NCBI GenBank assembly: GCA_951406725.2
Contig: OX597815.1
Coordinates: 34,844,001 to 34,908,000 of the forward strand
DNA from: Octopus vulgaris
Taxonomy: Eukaryota
Reading direction: 5' to 3'
Length of the DNA: 64,000 nt
The position numbers and the translations under genes are program-made. The notes below the pieces were generated by a model. The model was given only the letters and a program-made list of their open reading frames with translations. It was not told the DNA's origin and did no database searches. Below, in pieces: positions 11,729-25,062 of the stretch (position 1 is the first letter of the stretch; each line of letters opens with the position of its first letter).

Positions 11729-12899
11729 TAGAGAGAGATATAGAGAGAGAGATAGGGGAGACTGTATGAGTGAATATATTTTTATCTTCTGTGGTTTGCG
11801 TCATTTATTATACATTTAATGTATGATACATGTGTATGTGTATGCACAATTGCAATGTGTTTGTACGTACACCTCATTTCCTAATCACCACCACCATTAC
11901 CCCCACCACAACCCCACACACCACCACTATTACCACCACCGCCACCACCTCTTTTTTCACAAACTGCTGTTGTATCCCCCAAAACCTTTTCTGGGTTTTC
12001 GCTATAGCCATTTAATTTATTCCGATGAAAGATAAGGGAGACAGCCGATAGCTTGTTTCTCATTATGTTTCAACAGTTATTTTATGAATCTATAGATTTC
12101 ATTTATTATGATATCCTATTAAGTCGGAAGCAATGGTGGGCAAATATTCCCGAAGCTTATGCTATCACAAACTGGAAATTCCCATCTTTCTCCAAATATC
12201 GTTATCTCTATCTTTGTATATGTTTTTGTTAATTTCTTTGCGAATGAAATTATTCCGAATATATGTGCGACATAATTTCAGACAAATCCATTATATTTGG
12301 TTTATCTTATCAAATTTAGAATAATGGATAAATAGAATGTGGAATTCCTTTCAGGTATTTAAACTTATAGATCACAGATGGATAAGAGATAGGATTATGG
12401 ACAAGATAATAAGAACGGCAGTTTTAATTAGGATCGGCCACACGCGGTCAAGTAGAATTATTTGGAATTGCCCCCTAATGAATATATAAACATTTATTTA
12501 CAAAAAGGGAAGTGCAAGAAGTATCCTTGTTCCTAAACACCCTAAGTGGAACCTTCACTTACGTCGTTCTTGATTCTGTATTTGTCTCTTCATCTCCTCC
12601 AAAACGCTACCCATATCTACGGTCAATATAACTCATCACCTTGGTTCTATATCATCTTACCTAAAATATTACATGGTATGTATAATTTGCTCTGCGCTGA
12701 CTAATTAGGGTATTCTTTAGGTGATAGGTTCCCTGAACACCTCTACTATATCCACATTAATGCGCAAGAAGTCCCTAAACCGGTTGCTCATCACTTCGAC
12801 TGACTCAGACGTTCCACCACCCACCTCAGCTCGTGGTCCGTCACCAATTCTATGGCTTAACTAACTTCTGTAAATACAAGGAAAAGCAGCTTAATCCAG

Positions 12900-14400
12900 A
12901 GCTTCAACTCCATGGATTGTAAATATATGCTACAAAAAGGATAAGACTCTGACGTCATCAACTATTTACAATACACTCCAAAGAATCACATAATACCTTT
13001 GAAACAATCTCCCCAACATCGACAGATTTGTAGAAAGACGAAATAAAGAGTACAACACATTTTATCCCCTCCCACCCCCAAATGCTATGCCACACCATGT
13101 ACTCTTTTATATAACCGGAAAAGAACTGGAATACCGACTATAACTGAAATACCGCGTGGAACAACTCGCCACGCAACTACCATGCCACAAACTTATTGAC
13201 CATAAAGTCAATTTTTCATCCAATAATTAATAAACTATTCCAAAAATGAATTGCATTTTGCTGGCAGGTACAATTAACCTTCAGATTAGAAACTCTGCCA
13301 AATTAATACACTGTAATTGTGGTGCAGCCGTGTCTGAGCAGTTTAATACTTTAAAACAAATCAATATAGTGGAATTATACCTGTCAAAATCTACATTTCT
13401 TCTAAAAGTCCAAGAATTTGAGAAAACAGTTACCACAATTGGCAACCATGGCACTCCGTCGGTTACGACAACGAGGGTTTCATTTGATCCGATCAACAGA
13501 ACAACCTGCTTGTCAAATTAACGTGTATGTGACTGAGCACTCCACGGACGTGCGTACCCTAAACGTAGCTCTCAGGGAGATTCAACGCGACACAGAGTGT
13601 GACAAGGCTGGCCCTTTGAAATACTTAATTTTTTTTGTGCTCAAGGACTCAATGTGTCGCGGGGAATCGAACTGGCGGCCTTACGATCATGAACCGAATG
13701 CCCTAATCACTAAGTCCGCGCCTTCAATGGCAACCATGACGTCATTGTTATAATGAATGTTAGGATCTCGCTATTATATCATAATGATTCTCATTGGTTC
13801 AAAAAGGAAGGCGATTCATTGTATGATATTTCCATGGGAAGCTAAGATGGAGCGGAGGTAATCTGAATTTTTCTAAGCTTTTTCATTTAGACATGCACAA
13901 TAAGCGTATCCCTCTTCATACACCAAATTGTGTAGATATAACCGTTTAGAAATTTTCTATACGTGAACGGTCACATGAATATCAGATTTAGAAAAGAGCT
14001 GCCTTCATACCACAATTAGCTACATACACCCAGCCAACCCAACCTCAACATCTAATTTGTGAATGTAGAAACTTTTACAATGCCTGTTAAAAGGGTCGCC
14101 TTTTTAAAATGCCATACATCACCCAAACCTTCAAGGACAGATACAATCACTGTATAAAATTCATTCAGCTTGACGAATAGAGAGAATTCTGTCTCTTTGT
14201 TACAATAGGTCTGAAAATAAAGGTTAGGAAAATTGAAAGTCTACTCATAACTTGGACAACGTAGAAGGAAAAGTCTATACACTGACGGGACAATAGCTAC
14301 AAGTTCTGGTTTAACGGAACATTTCTAAACCGGTCAATAAAAGATATGAGATCTCATGCCTCTACCAACAGTGAAAAGTTCCCTTCTGGAAATTGCTCGT
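12900..14400 (+). mobile_element. Decayed Penelope-like element (RT plus GIY-YIG remnants), interrupted by a SINE
   Basis: NIVELYLSKS (cf. FDIVEFYPSI); IMNVRISLLYHNDSHWFKKEGDSLYDISMGS*DGAEV at 13741-13863 (cf. PLE FDVTMGSYDGAEV); CECRN.., TFKDRYNH..NSF..ENSVSL, VNKRYEI. Confidence 0.8.
13451..13727 (-). mobile_element. tRNA-derived SINE with tail type D inserted into the PLE RT
   Basis: TSD tggcaaccatg at 13440-13450 and 13728-13738. Confidence 0.88.
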
Positions 14401-15426
14401 GATTTTCAAAGTTCTCCTAATTTTTCAGTTCAGTCATGAATACTCCTTTCAGACACTAGTCAACTTCAGAGCCCACTCACTTCCTTATGATGTAACAGTA
14501 AATGAATACTAATAATTCACAACAGTTACTTATTAGATACTAACATCTACTATTTCAGGACGCATCCTATCTAACTGCTATGAAACAATAAGTGTCCCTG
14601 GAGCAGTGTTTTACTTGTAGTATAAATCCCCTTTCAGCACAAATTTGAGTACATTTTACCTCTTCATTTGTAGCCCCAAACGTGTGTGTGTATGTTATGT
14701 ATGCATGAATGAATGCGTACGTATGTACGTGTGTATACATACATGCACACATTCATTCATACATACATACATACATACATACATACATACATACATACAT
14801 ACATGCATACATACATACATACATACATACAAGTACGCATGAATGCTTGTGTGCGTATGTGCACGTCTATGAGTGTATAGATCTACAGATACGTATATAT
14901 GTCTATATGTATGTCTATGACAGATTTATACATGCAATGCATTCACATACACAGATGCACACATGCACACAGTCATGCACAGTCGTATGTTCGCACGAAT
15001 ATATAATTCATTCTCATACAACAAAAGAAATTACAGAAAACAAGAACCAACTCTGAACAATCAGAGTCTGTAGGTTTCATTTAGTTTATTAATAAATATT
15101 ACGCAATATCATGGTCTTTTAATATTGCATTAGCCAACTCCATTATTGGAATCAAATTGCCTGCCTTGTAGCTACGACATACCGCTACATATAATGTTTC
15201 ACAAAGAATCATTGGGACGTCTGCTGATGTTTATATATTATTTATCCCGAGTAAGGTAAGTTGTAAATGAAATTACAACATAGATTTGATATCACCAACG
15301 ATAAAGGCAATTTAATTTAAACACACGCCGACAAACATGCACTCACGCACACACAAATTCATATACATGCATGCACCACATATGTGTGTGTGTGCGTGCG
15401 TGTATGTGTGCGCGTGTGTGTGAGGG

Positions 15427-15469
<43 letters not shown>

Positions 15470-15534
15470 CAAGTGCATGCTTGTATGAATATATATTTGT
15501 GTGCATATATAGAAGCATATATATATATATATAT

Positions 15535-15594
15535 TTTCCTCTATTTATATAATATTGAGGTCTCTTTCTTTCTTTTGTTATCTTACCGTTTTAT

Positions 15595-15600
<6 letters not shown>
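15535..15600 (-). repeat. Short fragment of the same family as the hammerhead element at 6340-6522
   Basis: ctatttatataatattgaggtctctttc..ttttgttatcttaccgttttatcaata matches 6468-6523; also embedded in (TA)n. Confidence 0.7.
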
Positions 15601-15669
<69 letters not shown>

Positions 15670-15700
15670 TACATACATATTTATATGCGTGTGTAGAAGC

Positions 15701-15742
<42 letters not shown>

Positions 15743-15959
15743 ATATATATATATGTATATTTATATACCTACGAACATACATACATTGCACTCACACACA
15801 TACGCTCATGCCTGTGCACAGATCTGTTTATATTGAAAATTAAAAGGCGAAAATCAATTTTGTTGAAGAGGTCGTTCGTTACGTATGTCTTGTTAGAAGG
15901 TGTCACTTGTAATTTGTATGTAAACCAGGCAGTTCTAATCCGCGCTGGGCTTTTTACCT

Positions 15960-16604
15960 AATTAATTTTCTCCTGCTCTCTCATTCCCCCTCTTTCTGTA
16001 TCTTTGTTTCTCCCTCTCTCCTTCCCCCTTCTCTCTCTCCCTCTTCCTTTTCTCCTTCAATTTACATGCATACGCACTTTCTCTCTCTCTCTCTTTCTCG
16101 GGTCATCTTTCAGTTTGTTGCTTCAAATCTTTCCCACCTCTGTATACAATTTACTCTGGTCCGTTCTTTCTACTTTCACTTTCTGTTTCTCTCTTTCTTT
16201 CTCGGTATTTCCCGCTCTCCATCTCTCAAACACACCTACACACTTTCTGAAAAATCGTTGTCTCCTCATCCTTTCTCTCTGACTCTATCCTTCGCAACTT
16301 CACACTCTCCCCCTTTCTATCACTCTATATCGCTCCATCTCCGTCTACCTTTCTCTCTCTCTGTTTCTTTCACTTTATACCTCTCTAATCTTTATCTCCC
16401 TGTCTAGCAGTCTCTCTAATGTTTATTTCTTTCCTGTCCCAAGCATCCATTATCTATGTCCGCTGAGTTTTTTTTATCTTGTTTTTGTCTGTCTGTAATA
16501 TTTCTACCTCTCAACATCTCTCCTATTATTGCTTGCTTTTTGTCTCTTTTCTTTCTTTTTCACTCATTAATCCTTTCCTTCCTGCCTTTCTCCTTCGTTT
16601 TTTC

Positions 16605-16667
<63 letters not shown>

Positions 16668-16776
16668 TTTTCTTTCTTCCTTCCTCCCTTCCTTCCTTTC
16701 TGTCTTTCTTTCTTTCTTTCTCTTTCTTTCTTTCTTTCTTTCTGCCAGTTTCATAAACTGTGAAGCTATCGCATTT

Positions 16777-16862
<86 letters not shown>

Positions 16863-16880
16863 GACCTGTCTGTCTGTTTG
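15960..16880. repeat. Polypyrimidine / (CTTT)n / (CTAT)n low-complexity block
   Basis: Direct reading. Confidence 0.9.
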
Positions 16881-17371
16881 AAAGTATTTTGTATGATTGT
16901 GTCTATGTGTATTTGAGTATTTGTTTATATACATGCACATGTGTGTAATAATGTATGCACGAATATATGTATATATGTATGATTGTCTATCTGTCTGACT
17001 ATTTGTCAATATCTGTTTGTATGACTATACATCTGTCTAACTATCTCTATTTGTCCGTCGGTCAGACAGTCTAACAAACTGATCTGTCTGATTGTCTGTA
17101 CCGCTTCCACTTTATCCTTGTCTATCACTGTCTCTTTTTATCCGCTTTTTATTTTCCCTTCTGTCCATCTATTCTCGTCTGTCTATCTGTCCGTGGTTCT
17201 TTAACTCTCTCTCTCTCTCGCTCTCTCTCTCATTAGTTCACCCACTCTTTCTCTTTATCCCCTCCCTCATCTTTTATAAATGACTAATTTGTCTCTTTTT
17301 CTAGTTAGTGTTCTTCGTTTCTGAGTTATTCCTCTCAATCTCTCTCTCTCTCTCACACTAGCAGGTGCGCG

Positions 17372-17450
<79 letters not shown>

Positions 17451-17836
17451 TGCCAATTGTGTCACTCATGATCCAATACGCTGGCATCAGTCTACAGACT
17501 TGCGCGCCCACACGTTAGCAACATTGCCGCTAACAGTTGCTATTTTCAAACTATATAAGATCAGAGACAACAGTGTCATTAGACATCGGATCATCATGTC
17601 TACTCACTCATGTGATCGCTGACGTTTACAAATACACGCCTCAACTCACACATACATAAATAAACGCATAATTACTGCCGCACTAATACAGCGTGGGTTT
17701 TGAATAAGTTCACAGACCCAAATCCATATGTGGGTTTAATTTAATAGCAATACTACAGCATCGCTATTAAATTCGACAAACGAGGATCCTTTTAGTGGCT
17801 TGGTATGACGATCGAACCCTCCTGGTTTATTCTTAC

Positions 17837-18156
17837 GGATCTTTTCGGTTTGAATGGCAGTATTCTGTAGTTTGTAAGATATTTGTTGTTTTTTTCTTCA
17901 ATTTCTACAATTTCAACCAATCAATGACGTCCATTGAGGTAAAAAAAACATTCTGTGCCGTATGAATATGCCCCTCGTTTAAGAAACAGATTGGGCTTAT
18001 TTACATTTCTGAAGAAAAAAATATACCCTTCCCCCCACCCCTAACCCAACCCTAAAACAGATTGAAATGCTATAGATCGATAATAGGGTCATAATTATGG
18101 GTGACAATTTCATATGACACCGCTAAAAAAAACTGCCGTTCAAACCGAAAAGATCT
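17837..18156. mobile_element. Merlin-like MITE, copy 1 (opposite orientation to copy 2)
   Basis: TIR ggatcttttcggtttgaatggcag / ctgccgttcaaaccgaaaagatc; flanks share ttcttac (7-8 bp TSD). Confidence 0.8.
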
Positions 18157-18507
18157 TTCTTACTTATTAAATTCACCAGGAATTTTTTTTTTATAACTCT
18201 ATCTCCTTCCCCCAGAGAGCTGTAGAAGCAGTTAATTCTTTTATATTTTACTTGTTTCAGTCACCGAAGCCATACTAAAGCACCGCCTTAACGAGTTTTA
18301 GTCGAACAAATTAACCCCAGTACCTATTTTTAAGTTTAGTACTCATTCTGTAGGGTTTTCTTTCTTTTTTTTTTTTGTGTGTGTGTTTTCAACCACAGCC
18401 AATATGGGATACCGTATCTTAAACAAAAACTAATACATTCGTATGTTTTCCAATTGAAACACTGAATCATTTTAGAAATTTATTGTTTTAATAGTCAGAG
18501 AAAAACT

Positions 18508-18588
<81 letters not shown>

Positions 18589-19460
18589 CTTGGAGACACA
18601 ATTAAAACAATTCCAGTCAATTTCTTCATTAACCATGAGGTTGAGAAAAAGAGAGGACGATACGAGGACAGACAAAAGAAAAACAACATTGGGGCCAGGA
18701 TATCGAATGAGACGAAACGTATGAATAAACAAACAAAATATATACAATTAAATAAGAATGAGTGATTTACAAAAATTGAAGCGGAGGACGCGGTCGACCC
18801 CACGAACCACATACTCACACTGGAGACTTTGCTTTCTCCTTTTTATATTCTTGTTTAAGCAGGTTCTTTCACTCGCATTTTGTTGAAGGTGTGTGCATGA
18901 ATTTGCAAGTGTATGCATGAACTTTGTCATTCCTTGCAAAGTATGTGCGCATTCCTGCCTGGAACAATTTTTAATTCAAGCCATTCTATATCCTCTTGAA
19001 AATTTTGTGTGCGCTCATTTTTTTTTTCTCTCTTGTGCGTTTGTTGCAAAGCATGTATGTGTGCTCAAGCGCACAGCTCTATGGGTGGGATTTGCTATCA
19101 AAACGTTGAGAGCAGGGACAAATGTAAATAAATCTTGTAATGAACTCATCTCATTTGCATAATGGCAATATGTTGAGGGCTTTACAATAATTACACGAGT
19201 AGCAGTTCTGTGTGGATTATGAATAAATATGTATACAGAATTACGCCCATATAGATTTAATCTTGCTGTGAAATTAAGTCTCCCGAGGGCGCTTTTGGCG
19301 GCTTGTAATAGAGGTCCAACAGAGATGAATCATGCTAGATTGTTAAATTTCAGTGAAACCGGTTAGTTTTATTCTCATCCCAAACTGTTGAATGTGCCCC
19401 CAGGGACCTCATTTTATAGTGAGACTAAATATTAAATAGATATGGGATGAGACCACAGAC

Positions 19461-19520
<60 letters not shown>

Positions 19521-19624
19521 CGTTATTCATATATCGAAGCATGCGCATGCTTAAATATATTTACTGAAACATACATACATACATACATACATACATACAT
19601 ACATACATACATACATACATAAGT

Positions 19625-19783
19625 GGAATAACCATCAAGGTGGATTCCTAATATGCTAGAAGAAGACGCTAAATCGTCTTACCACGGAGAATGTGTTCTC
19701 GAAATTTCTTGAGAACACTTTCGTGGTAAGACGATTTAACGTCTTCTTCTAGCATATTAAGAATCCACCTTGGTGGTTATTCC
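19625..19783. repeat. Near-perfect palindrome (about 75 nt arms, 10 nt spacer)
   Basis: ggaataaccatcaaggtggattcctaatatgctagaagaagacg...gtgttctc / gagaacac...cgtcttcttctagcatattaagaatccaccttggtggttattcc. Confidence 0.93.
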
Positions 19784-19902
19784 TTTTATAAATATAAGTA
19801 ATATGATTTCTTAATCATCGGACTTTTTAAAGTATGCTAGGCCACTAGTTTAAATTGATATCAATTAATTAATATTAATTTCTACACTCATTATTTAACT
19901 TT

Positions 19903-19982
<80 letters not shown>

Positions 19983-20070
19983 CATTGTTTGATTTCTCTT
20001 TTTCAATATCAGTGTCAATCGACACTGGAAAAAGTATATGTATTTGTGAAGGGAGCTGACTTCTCGTCGA

Positions 20071-20140
20071 CAACCATGATTGTCACACGCTGATGAAAGG
20101 TAAACACCTTGAAACTCGGGTCCGTGTGTATCATGAGTTG
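20071..20140 (+). ncRNA. Intact minimal type I hammerhead ribozyme
   Basis: cacacg(20084-89)-CTGATGA(20090-96)-aaggt aaac acctt-GAAA(20111-14)-ctcggg-TC(20121-22)-cgtgtg(20123-28); stem I extends through catgat/atcatg and caac/gttg. Confidence 0.85.
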
Positions 20141-20768
20141 AAGACGGGGAGGATGACTCCCCTTCACAAATACTGAGAGGACACAGATAGTGTGTCTATA
20201 GCCAGCTGGAGGAGATATCTTCCAGGGGCTACAAACTACAGTAGCATCCACCCTCAGGGGTTAGCCATATTCAAATGGCAAATATGCGTCACTATATAAA
20301 TATATATATATATATATTCATACACACATATATATATATATACTCACATATAAACACACATACTGTTTCTAATATATGCACAAGGACAGATGTATACATA
20401 ATCATATGCGTATCCGTACGCACACAAGTATACACATGTACACGTACGAACGGATGCATGTCCGTATGCATACATTTGTGTGATCACACATGTGTACATA
20501 AATAATTCATACAATATATACACGCCTGTATAAACAGACATATACATTATAAATATTTATCCAGCGAACTGGTGTTCAATAAATATATCTTTTTACTCTG
20601 GCGACTTTTCTGTTGTATGCTGGTTGAAATGATGAGTTGCGGTGGCTTTCGTGCCTGTCCTAAAAGCATAAGCTGTATAAATGAAATATATCTAATGTTA
20701 ATGAAAATATGAACTCAATGCGTAACCTCGGGCCGCCAAGCACTTCGGTTCTACCAAACGACGTTCAC

Positions 20769-20837
<69 letters not shown>

Positions 20838-20842
20838 ACACG

Positions 20843-20922
<80 letters not shown>

Positions 20923-20925
<3 letters not shown>

Positions 20926-21655
20926 TTCGTCTGATCAATAAGTATCCGGACTGTCGCAATAGTATCGAAGCTAAACCACTCAAAGTAAGGCCGCTTGGCA
21001 CAGATTGACCTTGAACTCTGGTGTGAATGCACATTAAGTCTTAACGTTCTAGCTCACTTCCACTGTTTACAGCAGTGCTTGGAAGGAACGTGTGTAACGT
21101 GTGATCGTCACATTGACCATGACAGAAAGCTAAGGAGAGAATCTGCGTCAAATTTTGTCAAAAGCTTGGCGATACTTGCTCAGAGGCCTACGCAAAGTTT
21201 TCAAAAATTTTGATCGTTCTCAACACAATCAAGGATAACTTGTCCAACTGAAACCCGAATGCCTTTTTGATCAGCCGAAAGCAGTTTTGGCACAAACTTG
21301 GCAGACATGCGTCTCATACAGAAATCTTAAGTGATAATGAACTAAAATAAACCGTTACTAATCTACACATCCTCTGATAACTCACAGATGGTGATTCGAC
21401 GATTTTCCCTCACAGTTGCACGCACATCTGCGATGTTTTTCTCAGTTCTGTTGGTTGCGGGTCTCCCAAAACGTTCATCAATATCGACACTTTTCGGCCA
21501 TCTTGGAAACGTCTGAACCACTCGTACACCGTGTGCGGTTCATACACCCCCCTACACACACTCTCTGCAACTTTGCGTAGGCCTCTGAGCAGGTGTCCCC
21601 ACGACAACTTCCTCTGTCATGGTCAATGCGACGATCACACGCTACACACGGTGTT
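20923..21655. mobile_element. Rearranged mariner: two 5' portions fused in inverted orientation
   Basis: TIR-like tacttcgtctgatcaataagtatccggac; plus-strand start (RICVKFCQKLGDTCSEAYAK) to about 21200, then a minus-strand copy (VYEWFRRFQDGR, ENRRITICEL, MRRMSAKFVPKLL). Confidence 0.8.
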
Positions 21656-21754
21656 ACAGGAAAGAAATTATATTTCATGGGCAATATATTTGCAATATAG
21701 CTTTTCGAGGTGAAACGAAAAGGACAATCATCTATGTGTTGAAAAAAATCACTA

Positions 21755-22940
21755 AACCTATTTGGCACAGAATGCATGGAGTTATTTAAAATGTGAGGTA
21801 CTCCCATTAGTGTTCTATGAGAAAATGCAGTCGGCTCGGTCAGAAGTTCGAATGAAGTCGAACAAGTGAAACAAAAATTAAAAAAATTGTTTCCGACTGT
21901 TTTTTATTATTTTTTTTGGAAGGATTAGGCTGTTGCACTAAAACAAGAGCGAGGATCGCGGTAAAAGAAAAGGCAACACCTGTTTTTAGGCCCAAATGGA
22001 ACGTACCGTTTGCGGCATTAGACCAGGTCGATAAAGAGCTAGAAAGTCAGGCTATAATTGAAAAAGTCACTGGTGAAGACCGCATGTCGATTTTGCGGGT
22101 CCGTTAACTGATTATTACTACTTAGTAATAGTTGACAGTTTTACAAAATGGCTGGAAATTGCTAAGTGCAAAAGACCAACCGCTGAAACGATAATAAATT
22201 TTTAGCACAAATTATTCGCAAGATTTGGTATCCCAAACGTGATTGTATCTGGTAATGGAACACAATTTGTGTCCAGTGAATTTAGAAAATTCTGCGAAAT
22301 GTTCACGGTAGAATATAAAACGATAGCGCTTTACCATCCCTGATCAAATGGACAGGCAGAGCGTTTTGTGGACACTTTTGAAAGAGCTTTGAGAAAAGCA
22401 AAGAAGTCACAGATGAAGTCGCCCTGCAGCAATTCTTAAGGGTATACAAGGTGACAACGCACCCCAATACACCAGCAGGAAGCTCATCAGCAGAACTGAT
22501 GTTCACAAGGAAGGTGAAATCAGTTTTTGATAAACTGGTACCTGGCGAGGAAAGAAAAAGGACCAGGAAAGACAATCCAAAATTTTTCAAAATTGGTGAT
22601 AAGGTGTACATGAGATCGATAAAAACGGAAAGCAATACTGGGAAGAAGGAAAAATTACAAAGTACGTAGGAAAAAAGATGTACGGAATTAAAAGCAGAAA
22701 AGATATTGAAAAAAGACAGAGAAACCAATTGAAGAAGAGATTCATAGAAAATGAACCAGACAGGTTAGAAGAAACTATGGAATGACTGTATGACATATTC
22801 CAAGTACCAGCACCGTTACAGATGGTTGAACCCACGCATACAAAAGGAAGAAAAAGGAAGAACACAGAGTTCCTACAAATACACGCCAAAAGGAAAAAAA
22901 ATATTAAGTCGGAAAAAAAACGTTAAAAGGGACGCTGGTC
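21755..22940 (+). mobile_element. Internally deleted Gypsy (Mag/K02A2.6-like) pol relic: pre-RT segment fused to integrase
   Basis: EGLGCCTKTRARIAVKEKATPVFRPKWNVPFAALDQVDKEL; HVDFAGPL..YYLVIVDSFTKWLE..LFARFGIPNVIVSGNGTQFVSSEF..YHP*SNGQAERFVDTF; PPT-like aaaaggga near 22925. Confidence 0.9.
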
Positions 22941-23169
22941 GATCGCAAGACTTGACTTCTCACCTATTTACTGGAACTTATTTACAGATGAGTGAATTGT
23001 AGCATCGGGAAATGAAGTATTTTGCTCAAGAACACAATGTAGAATCTGATCCGAGAATCAAAATCACGATCGCACGGTCGCATCTTGCACATCTTAGTAT
23101 TGACCTAAAAGCATGAGATACACTGTGTAGTTGTACGCGGTGGGACACGGGTCAAGGTTAAAAGGTAAA

Positions 23170-23392
23170 GACTCCCTTCGGTCATGAATGACTATGGGAT
23201 TGCACCTAGAAAGTTACCCTCCGAGGCACTGGTCCGGGCAAGATCGTTTTATGGAAGACCAGCAGTTGCCCATGCATACCAGCCTCCCCCTCTCCGCACC
23301 ACCGATATTATCCAAGGGAAAGGCAAAAGCCAGTACAGCTTGGCACCAGTGATGTTGCAACTCATTTCTACAGCTAAGAAAACTGGAACAAC
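23170..23392 (-). mobile_element. SINE family C, 3' part
   Basis: Homologous to 2921-3140. Confidence 0.8.
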
Positions 23393-23434
<42 letters not shown>

Positions 23435-23454
23435 ATGTGTGTGTGTGTGTGTGT

Positions 23455-23670
23455 GTTTGTGTGTCTCTGTTTGCACTCAACCCCCCATCATCGCTTGACA
23501 ACCAATGTTGGTATGTTAACGTCACCGTAACTTAGCGGTTCGGCACAAGTGACCGATAGAATAAGTACTAGGCTTACAAAGAATAATTCCTGGGGTCAAT
23601 TTGTCCGACTAAAGGCGGTGCTCTAGCATGGCCACAGTCAAATGAATGAAATAAGTAAAAGAATAAAAGA
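23455..23670 (+). mobile_element. SINE family B, 3' part
   Basis: Homologous to 680-877. Confidence 0.8.
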
Positions 23671-23819
23671 AAAGAATAAAACACTAAGATAAAAAAAAAT
23701 ATTCGTGTTAATTCAAATATTGGGAAAGATGAAAATAAATGCAAAATTCAAAAGAGACAACGAATTTATCTGACAACCTAATAGACCCCCACATACAAAC
23801 ACCCACACACAACCCCCCT

Positions 23820-23898
<79 letters not shown>

Positions 23899-24017
23899 AG
23901 AGAGAGAGAGAGAGAGAGAGTGAGAGAGAATATACAGATAATCACGTTAATGATTTTTATCAGGTAGTCAGCATGCAATAACAATTTTATATGTAATTTA
24001 TACATTAAATTATTAAT

Positions 24018-24087
<70 letters not shown>

Positions 24088-24204
24088 ATTTAGAGAAAAA
24101 CCTTTATTAATTCAATAGTGAAAGACATTCACACCATATAGAAAACATATGCTATAAAATTTTGTTCTAAAAACCAATAAAGTACATAAATATATATACA
24201 TACA

Positions 24205-24290
<86 letters not shown>

Positions 24291-24659
24291 GAGGAAACCA
24301 CGATGGTAACTGAATTAATCTCCAGTCTAGGCCGCATGTCTGATCTAAGTCTAAGATATGGTGTACTTGAACCATCAGAGTGGTAACCGTCTGCGCTTAC
24401 ATTTGTGTATTGGTTTGTTTTGGTTCGACAAAATGGCGGTAGGAAAGAAAATAAATTATTGTGACGTTTATGTAATTTAGCAGCGTAAGTAGAGAAAAAA
24501 ATCAAAGATTGAAACTACATCATGGCTCCCCTGGCGTATACCACGTGATCGCGTCATTCTGCTCGTCACTTGCATTCATGTAAGATTGAGAGCTTTAAAA
24601 TATATCTGACAAATATAAGCATTAAAGTTAAACATGGTGGAGTGTTTATAAAGTGTCTC

Positions 24660-25062
24660 GGATCTTTTCGGTTTGAACGGCAGTTTTTTCTAGCGGTGTC
24701 ATATGAAATTGTCACTCATAATTATGACCCTAGAATCGATCTATTGCATTTCAATCTCTTTTAGGGTTAGGGTTAGGGGTGGGGAGAAGGGTATCTTTTT
24801 TTCTTCAGAAATGTAAATAAACCCAATCTGTTTCTTAAACGAGGGACATATTCATACGGCACAAAATGTTTTCACCTCAATAGACGTCATTGATTGGTTG
24901 AAATTGCAGAAACTGAAGAAAAAAAACAACAAATATCTTACAAACTATAGAAGCCAAGAGAAAAAGATGTTTTATAAACACATTCTACCAGTATACGAAG
25001 TTTAAAAGTGTTTAGTTACCTAGAAATTATGTTAAAAACTGCCGTTCAAACCGAAAAGATCC
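24660..25062. mobile_element. Merlin-like MITE, copy 2, with internal TTAGGG tract
   Basis: TIR ggatcttttcggtttgaacggcagtt / aactgccgttcaaaccgaaaagatcc; perfect 8 bp TSD agtgtctc; GG termini with an 8 bp TSD fit the Merlin superfamily. Confidence 0.85.

Noticed and set aside
24761-24785. Interstitial telomere or chromosome fusion site
   Set aside because: Only three units, inside a MITE that is present twice
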